The notes under the pieces are model-generated. The model ran no database searches. It saw only the letters and a list, made by a program, of their open reading frames with translations, and had not been told where the DNA came from. Both the position numbers and the translations under genes were made by a program. This document shows positions 1 to 13,200 of a DNA stretch of 64,000 nucleotides, piece after piece. The DNA is from Klebsormidium nitens (lineage: Eukaryota > Plantae > Klebsormidiophyceae), in assembly GCA_000708835.1 (NCBI GenBank), contig DF237335.1, forward strand, positions 23,880 to 87,879, given 5' to 3'. Positions within the stretch are counted from its first letter, which is position 1, and each line of letters opens with the position of its first letter.

Positions 1-410
1 GCAGATGATCGAGCCGATGTTGACGTGGATCACAAGAACCATCACAAGGTCCTGCAAAAAGAACTGGAAAAGAACTGGAATTTTGTTTCATGTGCACTGG
101 AGTGCGCAATCTCTAAGCCCATGCAGACGAATGAGCCAACGTTGACGAGGAGCACGAGTACCATCAAAAGTTCCTGCAGACGAAATTCGATAAAGTTGAC
201 TTATTTTGTGCCGTTGGCTTCGTAATGAGAAGACCCATGCAGACATCAAGCCGACGTTGACGAGGATCACGAGAACCATAAGCAGGTCCTGCGAGCAAAA
301 AATGGTTCATATCTGTGCAATTGACTTTGCAAGGAGAAGGCCCATGCAGGAAAGTGGAGCTGCTATTGACCAAAATCAAGAGAACCGTCAGCAGGTTCTG
401 CGGGGCAGAC
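1..410 (-). repeat. Four diverged tandem copies (109-122 bp period) of a DEK1 3' splice site plus exon start
   Basis: Minus-strand YAG acceptors end just before 397, 288, 173 and 51. They are followed by NLLTVLLILVN, DLLMVLVILVN, ELLMVLVLLVN and DLVMVLVIHVN. Confidence 0.85.
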
Positions 411-3400
411 AAGAATGGCTGAAACTATGTCTTTGACGACATCATCTGTTCAATACCTACGTGCGTAGCAGTAACTTTTCTGCAAGAGAAAAGTTGACCT
501 CGGCTAGAAACTCGAACGCAATCAGGGTGTCCGGAAAAGAAAGAGAGAAGAAGGACAGCTGATATTTTCGTTCCAAACTTGGAACATAAAGTGTGCCGAT
601 TCAGTTTGGAACACTGAGAAAGAGAGTCAGTGGTGAGGCTCATGCTTCCTGATGGAAACGACTTCGACCAGAACCAAGAGTTCACCGCAGAACATATTGG
701 GGAGGCGGTACCATCAGGCTTAAGGACAGCTTGAAAACCGATTCAGTAAACATCAAGCTGATTTCGAGGGGAGACGGACAAGGGGCCGGCCATTGATGAG
801 AGCTTTAAGGACGACAAGCAGGTCCTAAACAAGGGGGAACCAGGAAGCCCTCTTAAACCTCAGATTCAGAGAATGGGCATCTATTCCGAATTTTGGACTT
901 GTTTTTGGGACCTGACCTCTACTCGGAACTCTTGCCCACTTCAAGAGTTCTAAGACTGGAAATGATTTCAGAGTCTGCTTGAAGGGTGGATGAGAAACCG
1001 GACATGACTCCCAAAACTACCACCGCTCACCTTCTTAGTGACCGCCAATCCCCCAAGACTGAAGAGCTGCCCCTCCATTGGCACCTTCCTCGGGGCGAAG
1101 AACTGGCACCCGTTCCCCAGCCATACCGGCCCGCCGACCGACAGACACGCCGCGAGGAACGGGAGCGTTATCGCGAGCGCAAAGATGATCGAACTGTTGG
1201 TCAGGTATGCGAGGAGGAGCCCCGTGGCCATCGAGACGGCCATTCCGCCGATTCCGCCCAGGACGACGCCCCACGAGGGGCGGAATCCGGCCTGGCGGAG
1301 GGAGCGCCAGTGGGCGGTGAGCACGGCGGCCAGGAAGGTGAAGAGTAGGCTCGCGATGCCGAACTCGTACTGCAACGGGGGGGTAGAAGAAGCTTGTCAA
1401 ACGGGGGGGGGAGAAGGAAGATTTTAGAAGAGGATGATATCTTGCAGGTGAACAGGAGGCTCGCTATGCCCGAACTCGTATTGCGGAATGGTGGGGTAAG
1501 AAATCAGTGGTCGATCATTTGGGGGGGGAAGGAGAAGATCATTCATCAAAGAATTAGGAAGGAGACACGGCCGACGATAAGGCAAGGTCTACAAGTCAAA
1601 TCCTACTGCAAAGGGGTCAAGAATGGCTTGTTAAGCACAGCGGGAGCAAAGAGAAGCATCTTCTTATGACGGGTAAAAGTGTCAAACGATCTCGAAGTAG
1701 GGCGGCTCAACCTGCCAAGCATCTTGATCCGGTTATACATTACCTTTGGACGACATGCGTTAGCACCACGCCAAGCTCGAGGGAGAGCAAACCCTTTGCA
1801 GGTTCGAAATCATGAAGACCCTATGTCTCAAGCAACCACATTACCGTTGCAATAAAATCCGTTCACACGAGCAAGGCGCAAGCGGCGGAGGTGTTACGGG
1901 GTTTACCTGCTCGTGCGGATCATTGATGAGCTCCACTTTGGGGTGCGTCGAGAGCGCCATGAGAACCGTCTCCATCACAAACAGCAGCGTCAGCAGGCCC
2001 CACACTTTTCCGGGGGTCCCCGCCACAGCCAAAAGCGCCCCCCTAACCCGCTGCTCGCACGCGTGCCGCCGCTTCTCTGCGTCGCCCTGCTCAACCATCG
2101 CCTCCTCGGCCAGTGTCAAGCGCAGCAGGTCTTGTGGGGGCTTCTTCTCCTTGACACTCGCAGGCTCGGCGGGCAGGATCTCCCCGCTGTGGGGTGTGGT
2201 GTTGTATGCTATTTCGGACCCCCCGGGGAAAGCCCTGGGGGACTCGCTCTCCTGCCAGCCATTAACCCTCGGCGAATCGACCTTGCTAACCCCGTTCTGT
2301 CCGCCCCTAACCGCGCCGCCGAACACCGGGTTACCATACTGGACTCCTTGCGTAGAAGCCGAAACCCCACCGTTGGGCACTGGGTAACCATAGCTTAACC
2401 CGCTCTGCCCCACCGTCACTCCGCCGTTATCATACTGAAGCCCGCGCTCTTGCCCCCCGACTGCGCCGTTATTGAGCGGGTTTGCATAACTAAACCCCGG
2501 ATGCCCCCCCCGGGTCATGTTTTGCGCCATCGGCATGCCGTAGCTCGTCCCCACCCCCGCACCAGAAGCTGCATCACGCTCTCCGAGATGCCCCCCCTCG
2601 TCGATCCCCCCACTCGACCAGCGTCGGGGAGAGTCTCCATCTCTCGCCATCTCAACCTCGCCCCCTTTCGCCCCCCGTAGAAGCGTGTACCGATCGGCCC
2701 CCCCACTGCTCACTCTATTCGCCTCCCTCAAAACCCCACCCGAAGTCGCCCCTGGACCGCTTGCCCCCACCGCCACGGCTCTCGCGTCCCTCGCCCGTTC
2801 CACTCCCACACGATCCTCCGAAACCCGCCCCAGACCGGTTTGGGCCCCTAACCCACTCTTCACCTTATTCGCTTCCCTCAACCCCACTCTCTCCCTTTCC
2901 CCTCCAGAACTACTCCCACTTCCCATGCGCCGCGCGCCCCCGACAACCGAATCTAGGTCCGAAGACGAGGCCGAAAAGCTGCCCTCGAGAGAGCTCTCGC
3001 GGACGAAGCTCAGTCTGTTGGGCGGTTCTCGGTGCAAGTTCGTGGCCAAGTGACCGGAGAGGACCTGGCTGTGAGTGGGCGTCTGGAACGCGCCGCGCAG
3101 CTTCTCGATCGTGTCCCGGAACAGCTGCCGCCGCATCTCGCTCTCGCTGACCACGGGGAAGAAGCGCATCATGGCCGCGATCGCGAGAAGCGACCCGACG
3201 AGGACGTACGCGAGGCAATGCCCGAGGAACCAGTAGTTAATCCCGAAGCTGATGAGGAGCAATCGGTACGCGCAGACCAGGAGCAGCGCCTGCGCGGGGG
3301 TCCTCAGCGGCGGCTTGACCAGGATCTTGTTGCTCTTGCGCTCTTTCAGCGGTTTGCGCAGCGACGCCTCGTACTCGGCCGCTTGCAGCAGGAACGAACC

Positions 3401-6400
3401 GGTCACGCAGTCGAGCACGATGAGCGCGGTCGAGGTGATGAACCCCAGCCACCGGGCCTTGTCCGCCGTGTAATAGTAGACGATTGAGTAGATGAGGAGA
3501 GTGAGAGCGGACGCGCTGTAGAGCAGCTTGTCGTTCTTGCGCTTCCGCCTGAGGCGCGCGTCGGTCTCGCAGTTGGGCACCTGGGGCGGGTCTGCGGGCT
3601 GGCCCTCTAGGAGGAGGCCGGACTGGGACTTGAGCAGCACGCCCGTCTGCAATCAGTGAAGGAATATATCAGCATTAGTCACTGCTTTGTTATTAGTGTT
3701 TTGCAGACGGGGTTGAGAGAACAGGGGGCTTTTAGATGGCAGACAAAAGCAGCACGAAATCACCAGACGTGTCAGTTCGCTTTGAACTGAAACAGAAGCC
3801 AGAAGCCTGGAGCCTGAAGCCCCGAAGCACGAAGCCCAGAACAGTAAATCAAGCAATGAGAGGCAAAGCGAAATAATGAAAAGGCTTGACTACAAGACGC
3901 GAGCTCATATCTCACCCTGCAATCGACCTTTTGCGAAGTAGTTGCATAAAGGTGTGCTTAAACCCGCTCTGAATCTGCTATTCACCAGACCTCCTGATTC
4001 CAAGTGGTCATACTGGCTGTTATTCCTCTCGCTGATCATCAAACCCACAAACGAGTCGTTTCTCAAACTACACCCATAAGAAGACCGACCCCACTTTCCC
4101 GCTGTTGCGAAGGCAAACGCAGAAAGGCATGCCAATCACAGTTGGAAGACAAAACCTAACACTTGATGCGGCACCCTTGTCCGTCTTCTTTCCACAATGT
4201 CCCCGGAGATGCTCACTCCTCCGATATATAGCATGCACGCATAGAAACATGCCTTGCATACACCCAGTGGTCTACGCGACCCTGAAAATCCTACACACCT
4301 TATTCTGGCCCCCATGCAAAGTTGACTTCTGGACAATCGAGGCGTCAGACCTGCTCTGACTCCTGGCATCAATAGCATCCTAAGCTCTAAACCAATCCCT
4401 GCATCCCTAAGCTCCCCACCTTTCCTCCAGATCACAGCCCTGGGTTCAGGGTCATAAGAGCTGAGCCCTTCTTAGTTTCAAGGTCCTGAAAACTTGCAAT
4501 TTAAGAATTCCCTCACCTTGGACAGAGTCCGCGCGTACAGGTATGCTTGTGTCACCCACTCGTCCACGTTCAAGCCCGGACCACTGAACACCATCTTGAT
4601 CAGGGGGAGGAGGTCAATCCCGACAACAATGGCGGAGATGCCAAAGAAGTAGCCGGAGCTTTCGGTAGGTATGCTGGAGTTGCGGATGCCAGTATTGATG
4701 TAAACGGCCGCGACCTCGTACGCGCACAACAGGAGGACGGCAACGAACAGGAGGCCAGACGCCGCGCCTGCACACAGAGGTTTTCCGAATCTGACTCTTT
4801 GACCAATGGCTGGAAGTGCTTGATAGAGTGCCACAGAATGCCAATCAGGAGCGATTGACATGATCTTGCAGATCATATTTGGTACCCTAGATTGTCGTTG
4901 GGAGGAAGGCTCGAAATTGTGCCCCAGAAGTTGGACGAAAGGAAACGACTATTGAGAGCCTTCTCCAGAAAGAGGCTACAAAGAGGGAGTTGAGCGAGGG
5001 CAATGCAGCGAAAACTGCAAGAATGATTGTCCTTCCTGGTTCCGCAAGGGCACAGGGAAGGAGAATGGATGACGGGGCAAACAGCTAGCCTGGACGCAGA
5101 AAGCAAAGCCTACAGCAAGAAAACCAGTCACGACGTCGATCATGATTTCTATCGGAGCACATGCTGGAACCTTCTGCAACTCTCTAGGATTTGTGAAAAG
5201 CGGCATTGCCACTCACGGGAGCTTTGCCACTTGGACTTTGATCATGATCTTTATCAGAGAACATGTTCAGATCCTTCTGAAACTTTCTACGATTTGCGAA
5301 AAGCGGCATTGCCACTCACGGGAGCTTTGCCATTTGGTCTTGTACCATAGCCCGAGAGCGTACAGCGCGAGCAGAAGCGCTGTTCCGGGCATCATCACCG
5401 CTAACCCGATGCTGTTAGGATTGATGACCCGGATCAGCTCCGCGCCCCAGGCGAGTGACATGGCAACGGGAGAGATCACGGCCGCCCACGCAATGAAAGC
5501 TGTCGCGCCGCAGATGGTCCCGAGGAGGACGCCCTCGAGACAGGCGGGCCAGTTCAGAGAGTACACCCAACTGCAAGACAAGGAGAGGTGTGAATGAGCA
5601 GTGCAAAGGAGGACTTTCTTAGGGCCGTGGATTTGGTATTCAGGGGGTGCGGAAGAAGATTGGATAAGGAGTGCCAACACTTTCAGGAGCGCAAGTGCCT
5701 GATTGGAGGGGTGTGGAAGAGAGCTGGGGAACGTGAAATACTGGAGGGGTGCCAATAGAAGCTGGGAAGAATGAGATGAAGCAACTCGGAAAGAGGGGGG
5801 AATTCTGGACTGTACCGGTGGACGGGGGTGAAACGAACCAGCTGTGTTACTGGAAAGGCTGAGAAGTGAGATATAGAGTTACGAGAAAGGCCCCCCTCAC
5901 CCCCTCCCTTCCCCTTTCTTGGTGCCTCTGCTCTATGTCAGTGGCTGCATTGCATTTGACCAGGAAAGACCTTCTTCCAAAAAAGCCTCCTATACTTGTG
6001 CCCCTGTCCTATAAAGCCCATTGCCAGCAGATCAGTACTTTGAATAACAGCAAAGAGCGAAGCAGAAATGGGCAACTTTTGACGCGGAAAAAAGTGCATG
6101 ACATAGCAGAACTCCGAAGCAGGCCTCCACACTGAGAATGCAGCCAAATCCGGACTGTTCCAGACACATGCTTGGGAGTCTGGCCTGAGGCGCACTGTCT
6201 CGGGGCCAAAAGACTGCAAGGAGAATCAAAGATTCAACAAGCCTTTTCGGGGCCCAGTCAGACTGAGGTCAGACACGAGGAAAGCGATGTGACAGAAAAT
6301 GCATGGACGAAGAGCCGCTCCCTGCACAAGCACAGTTCGAGGAGACAGTATGTGCAGGAATTTGAGTTTTGCGCGGTCAAGATAAGACCTCTGGCAACCT

Positions 6401-7742
6401 CTCATCTCCTTGAGCAAAGGAAGTCCGCAGAAGGAGTGTAAATCCGCCGTCTGCATGCTGCTGCATGAGCTCAGCATTGCGTGGACGCACCAGAACGAAC
6501 CAACATGGGCAAAAAGGATCTGAACAGGCTGACTGCTTTGTTGACAGTCTTTTGCAACTGTCGTCAACAGTCATTGAAAGGACAACGAACAATCTGACCT
6601 CAAAACTTAGTCATCAACAACCGAGTTTACGCAGACGTCTCAGACGTCTCCAACTGCACCGCAGCCCCATTCGATCACAATGCAAAGGGTGCTTGCCCAA
6701 GCTTGCAACTGGAGACAGCCGTGCTGAATCTGCGCCGTCGACATGCAGACTTTCTGTCCCCGAGACCTAGAGTTCGTCAGCCTTCCATTTGCATGGGTTG
6801 ATAAGGATCCAATTTAGAAAGCAGCAAACGGCCCCACTTGACACGTTTTGGACTTTTCTCGGGAATCTTGCAACGACTTCTGGGTTTTGCAACAACTCCC
6901 GAGTGGCAAATGCATTCGACAGAATGCCCGGAAAATGAGGTGCAAGAATCCGCGGCAAGAAGAGAGCAACTCATGATGCGACAAACTGTAACACATCCCT
7001 TCAGTTCTCCACAGACTTTCTCTCCACAATTGTACTCTGACACACTGAGAATGTTGGGGCTTATATCAAGCCAGGCTGAAAATGGAAGCACCTCAAGCTC
7101 AAGGTTGAAGCAGACAAGCTCCGCAAAGGCCACAAAGCAGGGGCAATGAGGAGATCATACCCGTATCTCGAACTTTCAGTACTGCGAGCCTTCCTTCAGC
7201 CCAAACAAAATGTAAGCAACATCAAGAATCCTGGTACATAAGCTGGAGAGAGATAAGGGCATAGAAACTTGCCCGTGGATTCTTCTCCCAAGCGAGAGAG
7301 TACACAAACGTTTGAGTCTTGATACAGAAGCTGGAGACATTAGCTCATAGCAGCCTGCCCGGCCATCGTGCACGGTCGTCATCTGACCCTCAGGTTGATC
7401 ACCAGAGTCTCCAAGAACAGCAAAAAGAAAGCAATTTTTGAGAATTGGACTTCATAGCGGGAGACATACGGGCACGGTGACTTGCCTGTAAATCCTCCAA
7501 GGTCGCCATCCCACCCGCAGGTTGATCAGCAGAGACACCAGGAACAGCCCGCCCAACAACAGACCGTCCCGGAAGCAGACCGCACGGATGCTCCGGGGGT
7601 CTGACAGCGAGGTGCTCGCATGCACGTAGCTCACGTGAAACCCTGGAATCCCGCTTGCGTGTCTCAGGGCAATCTGGTCAGGGTTGCGCCACCCAGGGTT
7701 GTCCATACTGGTGGGCGCACCCACCGGTGTGCCGGCTTCCAT
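1..7742 (-). CDS. DEK1: DEK1 phytocalpain, N-terminal multi-TM domain and loop (partial, continues off the left edge; spliced)
   Basis: Phase-consistent exons 7742-7486 (GC donor), 5570-5320, 4767-4517, 3646-1907, 1369-1085, with the next exon starting at or left of 397. They join to WRPWRIYSWVY...GLWYKTKWQSSRAA...LLCAYEVAAVY...GYFFGISAI...GLNVDEWV...RWLGFITS...YWFLGHCLAY...YEFG...PFLAACLSVGGPVWLGNG, which follows the plant DEK1 membrane domain as I recall it. Confidence 0.92.
1320..1490 (-). repeat. Degenerate duplicate of a DEK1 acceptor and exon start inside the upstream intron
   Basis: ggctcgctatgcccgaactcgtattgcgg near 1460-1490 versus ggctcgcgatgccgaactcgtactgcaa near 1348-1375. The copy has AA instead of AG and a 1-nt insertion. 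Confidence 0.75.
5134..5340 (-). repeat. 103-bp tandem duplication of a DEK1 exon end plus GTGAGT donor
   Basis: gaaaagcggcattgccactcacgggagctttgcca occurs twice; donor copies at 5314-5319 and 5211-5216. Confidence 0.85.
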
Positions 7743-8752
7743 CTCAGACTCTGAGTTTTTCTGGAAGTGGATTTGACCGTGTAACAACACAGGGTTTGAG
7801 CAGGTTCAACGTGTTGCTTCTTTTGTCTCCATTCTGCGTGATCCGGCTTGGGCCTAGACTAGCAGGACACTCTGCGGGCTGACTCGATTAACAACCAGAT
7901 GTAGCAACGAGCGGTTCGACTACAATTCGGCCAGACGCATTTGTAGCTGTGTAGCCTAGACCTTGAACCAATTTCAGGACAGCAAGGTAATCAGTCTTTT
8001 CCACGATCGTCCCAATCCCTGGAGCCTGGAGGTGGACTCTTCAGTCTTTGAGAGAGCATTTTTTTGCACAGGCCTGCCCAGGAATGTCTTCTAATTTTTT
8101 GTTGCTGCTGATTCTCCTAGAAGTCAACGTGCTCAGCCGCTTCAAAGCGCGCTGCGGTCGCTCTCTGACCTCACAAAACATTGCACCACGACAGACAATG
8201 CAGCTCCAAGTCCAGACGTCTTGCAAGTCCCATTGAGGCGGTTCAGGAGGGCTTGAACGTGACGTCTCCTTGCCAGCCTTGCCTGTCTCACCTCCCCAGG
8301 CTTCGCCGCGCCGCCTGCAGAGTGCTAGCCTTTGTCGCGTTGCCAGCTGTCCCTTGAATCTGCTCAGCACCTTCCTCTTCATTTGCTTCGGCTGACATCA
8401 ACGTCGCCTTTGGTTGTTGCATTCCGCCGGATCGGAAGGGCTACCCGCCCGGGTATGAATACCGGTACCTACTCTGCCGCAGGCCATGGGGGAGCGCCGC
8501 TTATCTCGAACACAACTTCCGCCCGATTTCATGCCAAGGTGCAACGGGAGTCCGGCTCCGGCTGCTAGCTGCACGTGTTCCGCCGGAAATATTTTTGTGG
8601 GGAGAGAGGGACCATGCATAGGTACTGCCTGGTTCTACATGCAGGCTATCAAGCTACAATAATATTGTATGATGATCCTTTGCACCAGATCTTCTTGATC
8701 GAAGCTTTGGCAACGTCAAAAGATGTTTTGAAGGCGAAGAGTACGAGCTTAA

Positions 8753-9501
8753 GGTGGTAGGACGGTATTCGACAGTGGGAGCACATTCAAAACCCTATAT
8801 CTTCATGTAGACATCATGGAATCGCATTCCGTTTTTTTGAGGTGGTTGGGGGCATTGAAAGGCATCTTTAGGAGCCCCTCAACCTGTGATACAACATGCC
8901 AAAGCAAATCGAAGCACGTGACAAAGTGGCAAAATGTGCAGTTTCCGCTGCAGGACCCCCCCGGCAAAACGGCTTTATGGCAATATTTTTGAAAGATAGA
9001 ATCTGCTCGGAAGGGAGGCATTCAACATGGGGGGAAGCTAGGATGTCAAAACATTTTTTTGTAGCCCAACTTATAAGGCGGTGTACCAAATACCACCATG
9101 TTTTTCCGGAAAACGTCTGTTTTGTGCAGTTTTGGGAGATTTCCGGAAAAACATGGTGGTATTTGGTACACCGCCTTAGAAGTTGGGCTACAAAAAATGT
9201 TTTGACATCCCAGCTTCCCCCCATGTTGAATGCCTCCCTTCCGAGCAAATTCTATCTTTCAAAAATATTCCTATAAAGCCGTTTTGCCGGGGGGGTCCTG
9301 CAGCGAAAACTGCACATCTTGCCAACTTGTCATGTGCTTCGATTTGCTTTGGCATGTTGTATCACAGGTTGAGGGGCTTCTAAAGATGCCTTTCAATGCC
9401 TCCAACCACCTCGAAAAAACGGAATGCGATTCCATGATGTCTACATGAAGATATGATAGGGTTTTGAATGCGCTCCCATTGTCGAATACCGTCCTACCAC
9501 C
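8753..9501. mobile_element. Non-autonomous foldback/MITE-like element, ~360-bp terminal inverted repeats and 27-bp spacer
   Basis: 8753-9112 is a near-perfect reverse complement of 9140-9501. Ends are GGTGGTAGGACGG...CCGTCCTACCACC, flanked by TTAA at 8749-8752 and 9502-9505. Confidence 0.92.
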
Positions 9502-10212
9502 TTAAGCATTTGTCACGTATATGCCCGCTATAGCTAGGAAATTCGTATTCTGATCGTGCAATTTCCCCGCTTTTGCCCTTTCTATGTCTTATATGCATGT
9601 CGTACAATGCTAGGATTATCCACGCGCGGGGGAGCACTACGGAGGACTTTCTGGCGGCCAAAAGCGCCTCAATCATCGATCCTGGCCATGCCATATATAC
9701 CGCGATGGTCTGCATGATCGTCCATGCATGAATGGTCATGATCCATGCGAACCGGCGGTCGGACTATGATACGATGGAACTCACATGCGTGCCGCGTCTG
9801 CACACATACTAAAAGCCTCTTAAGTTCCGATGCGGTCACTCAGTGTGACTTGCCGGAAGGACTGAGCTCAGGCAGTCACCGCGCTTAGCTTGCGGACGAC
9901 TAAAATCATTGCTCCAGAGAGATTAACATTCATCATATTTGTAAGAAGCAGGCGAGTCAAATATCCTGGAGTACTTCGAAAGAGAATTCTGCTCTTCAGT
10001 TGGCTTGAAGTTACACGCAGGGAGAAGGCCAGTGAGTCGTTTGGACCGGCCATGTCTTTATTGCTTATGCTGACCATCAACGTACATGCATACCTGCTGG
10101 CCGGTGTGATCGAGACATCGTTATTGTGGGGACACAAAACTGCGACAGAGGACCCAGTAGCCAGAACAAAGCCAGGGGAGTTCAAACCGCGCCTAAATAT
10201 TATCACTCAACA

Positions 10213-13200
10213 CTAAGCTTGTAGGGCCTTGACAAGCTTGGAGGCACCAAACAGCGCCGCTCCTCCGGCAACAGTAAGAGCCGCCACTACATACTCAGCA
10301 ATAACGATGGCACTCGAGTCCTCAGGACCAAAGTATACAATAGCGGGGCCAGCGGCCAGAACGACCAACGAAGCTAGCAAAAGAGTTCCTGCAAAGAAGA
10401 AACGCGTGAGGGCCAGTCCTTCGTAAGGACCTTTGCAAGGGACGTTGACATGTGTAAGAAAAGAAGCTCTTACACGCCACGACGCACTTTCACATCTAAA
10501 AGCAGGCCTCTGCAAATCAGCGTCAAGTGGTTTAACCATGCAGCTAGTTCTCGACACGAATCAGTTCGAACACGTGAGAAACCAAGAGGCACCACTGCAA
10601 ACATGCTCTTGCTGGAAAAGAACCTCAAAACGACATTGTGCAAGTCTTTCGGATTTTAACAAATCTGCGGGTGACAGCCTGAGTGGCCTGTCTGACAACA
10701 GTAGGCGAAAGAAGCGAGAGTCAGACAGCGTGGTTCGTGACCCTACAAAAATCAAGCGAGAGCCCGGGAGAAACATTCTTACCGGGCAGTTTCCTGTCGG
10801 TGACGGCACCCAAGAGCCCCAAATCCTCGGCCTTGGAGAGCAAGCCGAGGGACTCAATGGTGCTCAAAGTGAAACCGAGCCCTTCCAACGTGGACAGAAG
10901 ACCGGACTCTTCGGCCTGTCGACGCAAAAGTACACAATGTCAGGTCGGCAACTTTCGGTAATCTGCAGCGAAAAGCTCCGAGGAAACGTTGAGCTCGAGA
11001 CCGTCCATTGAACTGGGGCCAAGCGAGGTTGTCAGAGTCAGCCCGAGTTGCTTCTGAATGTGAAGGCGCTGATGTTGGTGGTAAACCAGAAGTTGACGAA
11101 GGCAGAGCGACAATTCCATCTCTGACAACAGTTGAGGTTCATATAGTCTAAAGCAAGATTCTTCGGGCAAAATATTCGTATCTGAGTTCTGATTTGAAAA
11201 GAAGCTCATAATCTCTCTCTTACGGGAGGGTTTTGATGGGCCGTTACAAAGAAAGCATTCTCTGTCGGTATACAGTGAGCAGAAGGGGGTTTGCCGTAAC
11301 TTCGATGTGGATTTCTGATGATAGGAGACCATCATTGAGTTGAGGAGCAACCCTTTACTATAGCGCTCCACGTTCAAAGAGTTTGTTCTTAGGATCTCCA
11401 AACTTGAATTGACCACCAAGACAGCAGCCACTGATCCAAAGACCTGATCGAGTGCATCTCTTAGTTCAGCAAACAGCAGGTATCTCCACGGGTGTGGCAT
11501 ACGGAGGGGCATGGCAAACGTGGAAAAGTGTCAAATGATTCTGTACAAGGACCAGACAGCAGCCTTCAGTACTGGACCTGAGATGCTGGAGGAGTACTGC
11601 TGACCAGTTCGAGGGCTGCCAACCTTTCCTCTACAGTCTCAAAGGAAGTGAATCTGATATTCTGCCGCACATGGAGATGGGAAGGCCGGAACGCCTCAAC
11701 TTCCCAGCTATAGGATTTGGACCATATTGCATGTCCCGATTTGACAAAGATGCTTCGACACCTCTGGAAAGCTGCAAATCCTGCAGCCTTCAACGATGCG
11801 AGAAATGGACCGTCTAAAAAAAACTCGAGTTGGAGCAAACTCAGACTTTGGGGGAAATCCAGATGAGTACGCGCTTCAAGACTCACCTTATGAAACGGAT
11901 GCAAATCCGGCACCCAGCTGTGCACCTCACAGTGGAACCACACGAAAAGAGAGATTAGTCCTCAACTCTTGAATGAAAAGAGAGCTGGAGTTTGTGCTCT
12001 TTTACACTAACCTTTGTCAGGAGGCGCAGCTCCTGCACTCTGCTGAGCACCTTCACATCCCCAGAAATATTCCGCTTGTCCCTGATCAGGCCCTTGGTTT
12101 CTTTGGGGCCAAACACCTCCACAACCTTGATCTGCAAGATGGAACAGAAGATATCATTAGGAAATTCACCGATTCCCAGTACAATGAAGATCCAACTCGC
12201 ATAAAAAGTCGGGACAGACACAACGAAGACGGGGCACTTTGCTCCTCACAACTTCATTCTTGTTCCTCATGCGGCCTTGTTGTTCTGCTGGGAAACCGCA
12301 TTCAAGTGGCGGCAGAGAGAGACATGGGCGTTTCAGCTCTTCAATATTCAAAGGTATCCACTCAATGCTTATGAAGGTCACTGGAGGCACCTGCCAACAT
12401 TGACGGAGCTCAGTGATGGAAGTCGGTCATAGGTGATATACTGTCTCCTGGTGGTTCTGGAACCGCACATCGAAACAACACCGTGAAAAGAGGCTGCAGC
12501 TGAAGGCGTCTGAGACGAGCCGCACTCCTGCCACCAATAAGTGCAGAAACTTTGAAACATGCGCATCAAAGTCTTCAGCCAGCAACGTTGGTGAATCGAT
12601 CATAAGATCTTTTAGAATGATGCGAACGCATTGCGTCCTATGTCCAAAGGGCGTTGCTGGCAGCGGCAACCTGCTTGCAAAGTTACCGTTGTAAAACACA
12701 GTCATCAGAGGATAAGCAGAAACGAAGTAACCTCAGAATCTGTTTCTTTCGTTTTAAGATGCAAATATGGTTTTGATATCAGCTACTGCTGCGCAAAGAA
12801 AAAGGCAGCTTGTACTGTCTGCCAGAGCACACCAGAATAAATCTTTGTTTATGCGAACTCCATTTTAAGGTCACGTCATTATTGGCCGAGGCACCTGAAA
12901 TTTGCAGACTTATATTAGACTACTTGATGAAACTTTCACAAGAAATCCATCCGTATCCACACAATGCAGAATTACACGCATAGATGCAGATTCAGAACAT
13001 GTCCACAACAGATGTGATAAGCTATCAGTCAATGCTGACCCCTAAACGAAACTATGGTCAAGCTTCCAATATCTAGCTGCCACTCATAAACAGCCTCCTT
13101 TAAATTTTTAAAAGCCGCTTGCAGAACTGCCTTTCTAAGTCTTTAACCATGTGATATGAAAATGCATCCTTTTTCACACTCGACGCAGCACTCATTCATT

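Noticed and set aside
986-3487. Plus-strand ORFs overlapping DEK1 exons (120, 129, 161, 191, 151 aa)
   Set aside because: Antisense shadows of GC-rich coding exons.
8803-9448. Mirror ORFs on both strands (126 aa, 72 aa)
   Set aside because: Artefacts of the palindromic foldback element.
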